From Kudoa neothunni (taxonomy: Eukaryota; Animalia; Cnidaria): a DNA stretch of 64,000 nucleotides. Within the stretch, counting starts at the first letter, position 1. Each line of letters opens with the position of its first letter. The translations under genes were made by a program, and so were the position numbers. Of this stretch, positions 61,414 through 64,000 are shown piece after piece. The notes beneath the pieces are model-generated. The model was not told the origin of the DNA and made no database searches. It was given only the letters and a program-made list of their open reading frames with translations. The stretch covers positions 6,559,731 through 6,623,730 of the forward strand of contig OZ199838.1 in the NCBI GenBank assembly GCA_964304625.1, written 5' to 3'.

Positions 61414-61836
61414 GTAAGCATGTAACAACTCATTTAAAATAAAAATTTCAAGAAGAATTTTATTATTTTTATTTTCATAAATAAAAACAATCGTCTCAAG
61501 CTTTGAATCGCTTAATTAAGTTCTCAGTGGATTGAGGACACGACTAAAAAAGAGAAGCACCTTTTATGGATCAATATTTGTAGCTCTATTGTTAGAAAGA
61601 GTTTGTAGAACTCAATCCATCCAATGTGATATCACACCGTGATTAATGAAATTAATAATTTCATTTGAATTGGAATAATAATTACATCTTTTCGTTGCGG
61701 ATACGTAGTCAATCAAATTGTCTGAATTTAAATTAAATTGGGAAGTTTCAAAGATCTGTCTTTGATATTGTAGTTCGATAAAATTATTGCATCTTTTAGC
61801 AGTAGATCTGACGCCGTAATGTAAAAAAGCTTTTCA

Positions 61837-62484
61837 CACAGATTTTTGAAACAAAACTTAGGCTTATGACTATATCTAACCAACTTTTGCGCTTTCCAAA
61901 ACATCGTAGAATAAATTTATCTTTCGATTTTGTTACAATTGGTCCATCAATATGTCAAAGATTCTTAATTGTATATGGCAATATGAAATCACATCGCACA
62001 AGTTTTAGCCTAGGTTTTAAGAGTTTGAGAACAGCATGGTGAACAGTTTTTAGGATGTGTTTCTGTGCTCTTATCCGAAATTGGGTAGGAAGGCTGTAAT
62101 AATCGCAAGGATCTACGATTTATCATGGTCTTGCTTGCAACTGGGAGAAGAGCCTGGCAGAAGGGTAGATTTAGGGCGCTCATAAACGCCGGGATACAGG
62201 AACGAAATAAAACCCAGTAGGAGGTTTTCGTAGAGCCGACGCCCACATTCAAGGGACTTCCTCAGACTTTTTCTGGGTTAGTCAAAAGTATGGTTAGGGG
62301 TGTCGGATGCTCCAAAACAAGGATGTTTAGTGGGTTAAAATTCCACACTATCGCATAAATGTAAGTCGCCTAAATATGACGCTGCGGTTCCTAAAGCGTA
62401 AATGGAAAGGGCCTAACCAGACCCAACTCCACAACCTAACAAGTTGCGCCAGGGGTTTGACCCTGTAAACAAACAAAAAAAGAA
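61837..62484 (+). mobile_element. 5'-truncated non-LTR retrotransposon (L2/CR1/Jockey-group-like ORF2 tail, structured 3' UTR, A-rich tail)
   Basis: Flanking direct repeat TAAAAAAGCTTT(T)CA at 61822-61836 and 62485-62498; open frame ...LLRFPKHRRINLSFDFVTIGPSICQRF...FKSLRTAW* ending at 62042; AAAC/A tail from 62467. Confidence 0.62.
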
Positions 62485-63483
62485 TAAAAAAGCTTTCAGG
62501 ATGACGTTAACTCCTTGAATGTTTTATTTTTATAAGATTAAGGATTATTTTGATTTTGAAAATAATTACATCGTTCAGAATTATTGCTTCTATGTTGATA
62601 TGTAATTCTTTTTTCAATATAATATAACTGTATTATATTACTGGGCACATATTCACAAATTATATCAGTACATCTTAAAGACTTGACCTTCATGCCACAC
62701 ATTCAAAATTAAATGGCGAGTATTTTACACTTTTTCGTTCACATGACTTTCTTAATTTACCGTTGATCAATGCAGACCTGGAAAAGTGATTGACAACAGA
62801 TTTTACTTGAAAAACAGAGTCAAAGTGATTTGGTAATAGAACAAATTCTAGCTTGTCAGTCACAATTTTGAAATTTTTTAGCTGCTGATTAGAAACCTCC
62901 TTGTAAATTGTGTTTTAACAGTTATAAATGAATTTATTGTAGGACTTTAACATTACAACTTAATTACTTAAATTTAATCCATAAAAGATTCACTTTAATT
63001 GCTGAAAATCTAATTCATAAATGCACTTTCCGTGTTAGAGGGTCCATTAGCACAAATAAATAGACTTGATTCCAAAGATTATTGGAAGCTAATGTAGCAA
63101 GAACCGTGAACAAGGTTTAGCATAGTAGAACCAGTTACAGTAGATGACGGGTTGTTCGTAATCCCATTAGGACCTCAAAAAAGTTACGAACCACACGTCA
63201 GTCAATGAAAATAAGGGAAACTTACCAAAATTTAATTATTAGACAACTAATTTTTTTCCACTTAATGTGTTTATTCTAATGTGTACTTTGAGTTAAAATT
63301 TAATAACTCATTTTCTTTATAATTTCTAATTTTTACATATTTTCGAAAATTACGAAACGCACCTCATCGACTGCATTATGATTACTAACTCAAAATTCAT
63401 TCGAAATAATCAAATTAAATTTTTCTTTTAATTCATCAATAAAACTAATAAAAACAGAATATATCTACAATAAATCTAAAAAA

Positions 63484-64000
63484 TCAAGTTTCATTGTCAC
63501 TCGAAGGTTCCTGTTTGATCATTTCAAGTAGATCTTCATCCAGCACACTTTTCTAAATACACGTTACACCTTAGATACAACCAACCACACAATTACGAAT
63601 ACCTTCGGATCAAGTTGCTCGGTTTCTTCGAGGATATCACGACTCTAAGTGAAAATTAATAATAAAAAATAATTTTTTAAATTAATTTCTAGAATCGATG
63701 TGTACCTGAAGCAATGGTAGGATTATATCACAAGCGCGATCTTCTCGCAGCAGCTTGTCAATAAATTCATCCATGTGAATCAGATAAAATTCTATAGAAA
63801 AGCAATTTTAGTGCCGTCGACGTTAACAATTAAAACGAGGATTAAATGGCAGTCATAGATACTTCCATCATTATCCATAGCTCGTAATTTACGATAGTCA
63901 CAATACAACGGTTCGAGATAATTGTAGATATCTACAGAAGAACCAACCAGTCGTAAATAGACAGCCGCTAATGCTCGCATATATTTGTACTCTTCATTTT
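63484..64000 (-). CDS. PRPF38A: Pre-mRNA splicing factor 38A, 5'-partial
   Basis: YKYMRALAAVYLRLVG..DIYNYLEPLYCDYRKLR / HMDEFIDKLLREDRACDIILP / LEETEQLDP / SVLDEDL; three short introns. Confidence 0.95.

Noticed and set aside
62200-62280. Minus-strand CTGAGGA...GAAA resembling a hammerhead ribozyme core, and GAAAAGTCTGAG resembling RNase P CR-I
   Set aside because: Hammerhead stems I and II do not form convincingly and the RNase P CR-V match is poor; the TSD and A-tail explain the region better as a LINE 3' end.
62288-62302. GGTTAGGGG as a telomerase template or telomeric seed
   Set aside because: Single short match, no tandem repeat and no supporting pseudoknot identified.

Overview
AT-rich eukaryotic (animal) genomic DNA with very short GT-AG introns (those I could resolve are 40-67 nt) and divergent proteins. 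This suggests a compact-intron, fast-evolving invertebrate, possibly parasitic (inference; the taxon cannot be fixed from this window). Host genes: 5'-partial EPRS with 2 WHEP repeats, a ZER1/ZYG11-like gene spread over about 10 kb of TE-filled introns, a secreted Sushi/CCP protein, ING4/5-like and PI4KB head-to-head, NKAPD1-like, a coiled-coil Rab11-FIP3/4-like gene and 5'-partial PRPF38A. About 21% of the window is nine TTAA-flanked piggyBac elements (one nested in another), plus Tigger/pogo relics, hAT/Buster MITEs and a 5'-truncated LINE. The most notable observation is two spliced host-like genes derived from transposons. One is an intact 4-exon, 323-aa Merlin/IS1595-derived gene (4715-5818, -) with a degenerate DDE triad, only partly visible in the ORF track. 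The other is a Crypton/DUF3504-derived gene (about 29.4-32.2 kb) lacking the tyrosine-recombinase catalytic C-terminus. Several +1 homopolymer frameshifts in host genes suggest residual assembly errors. All family assignments come from motif recognition by eye, not from database searches.
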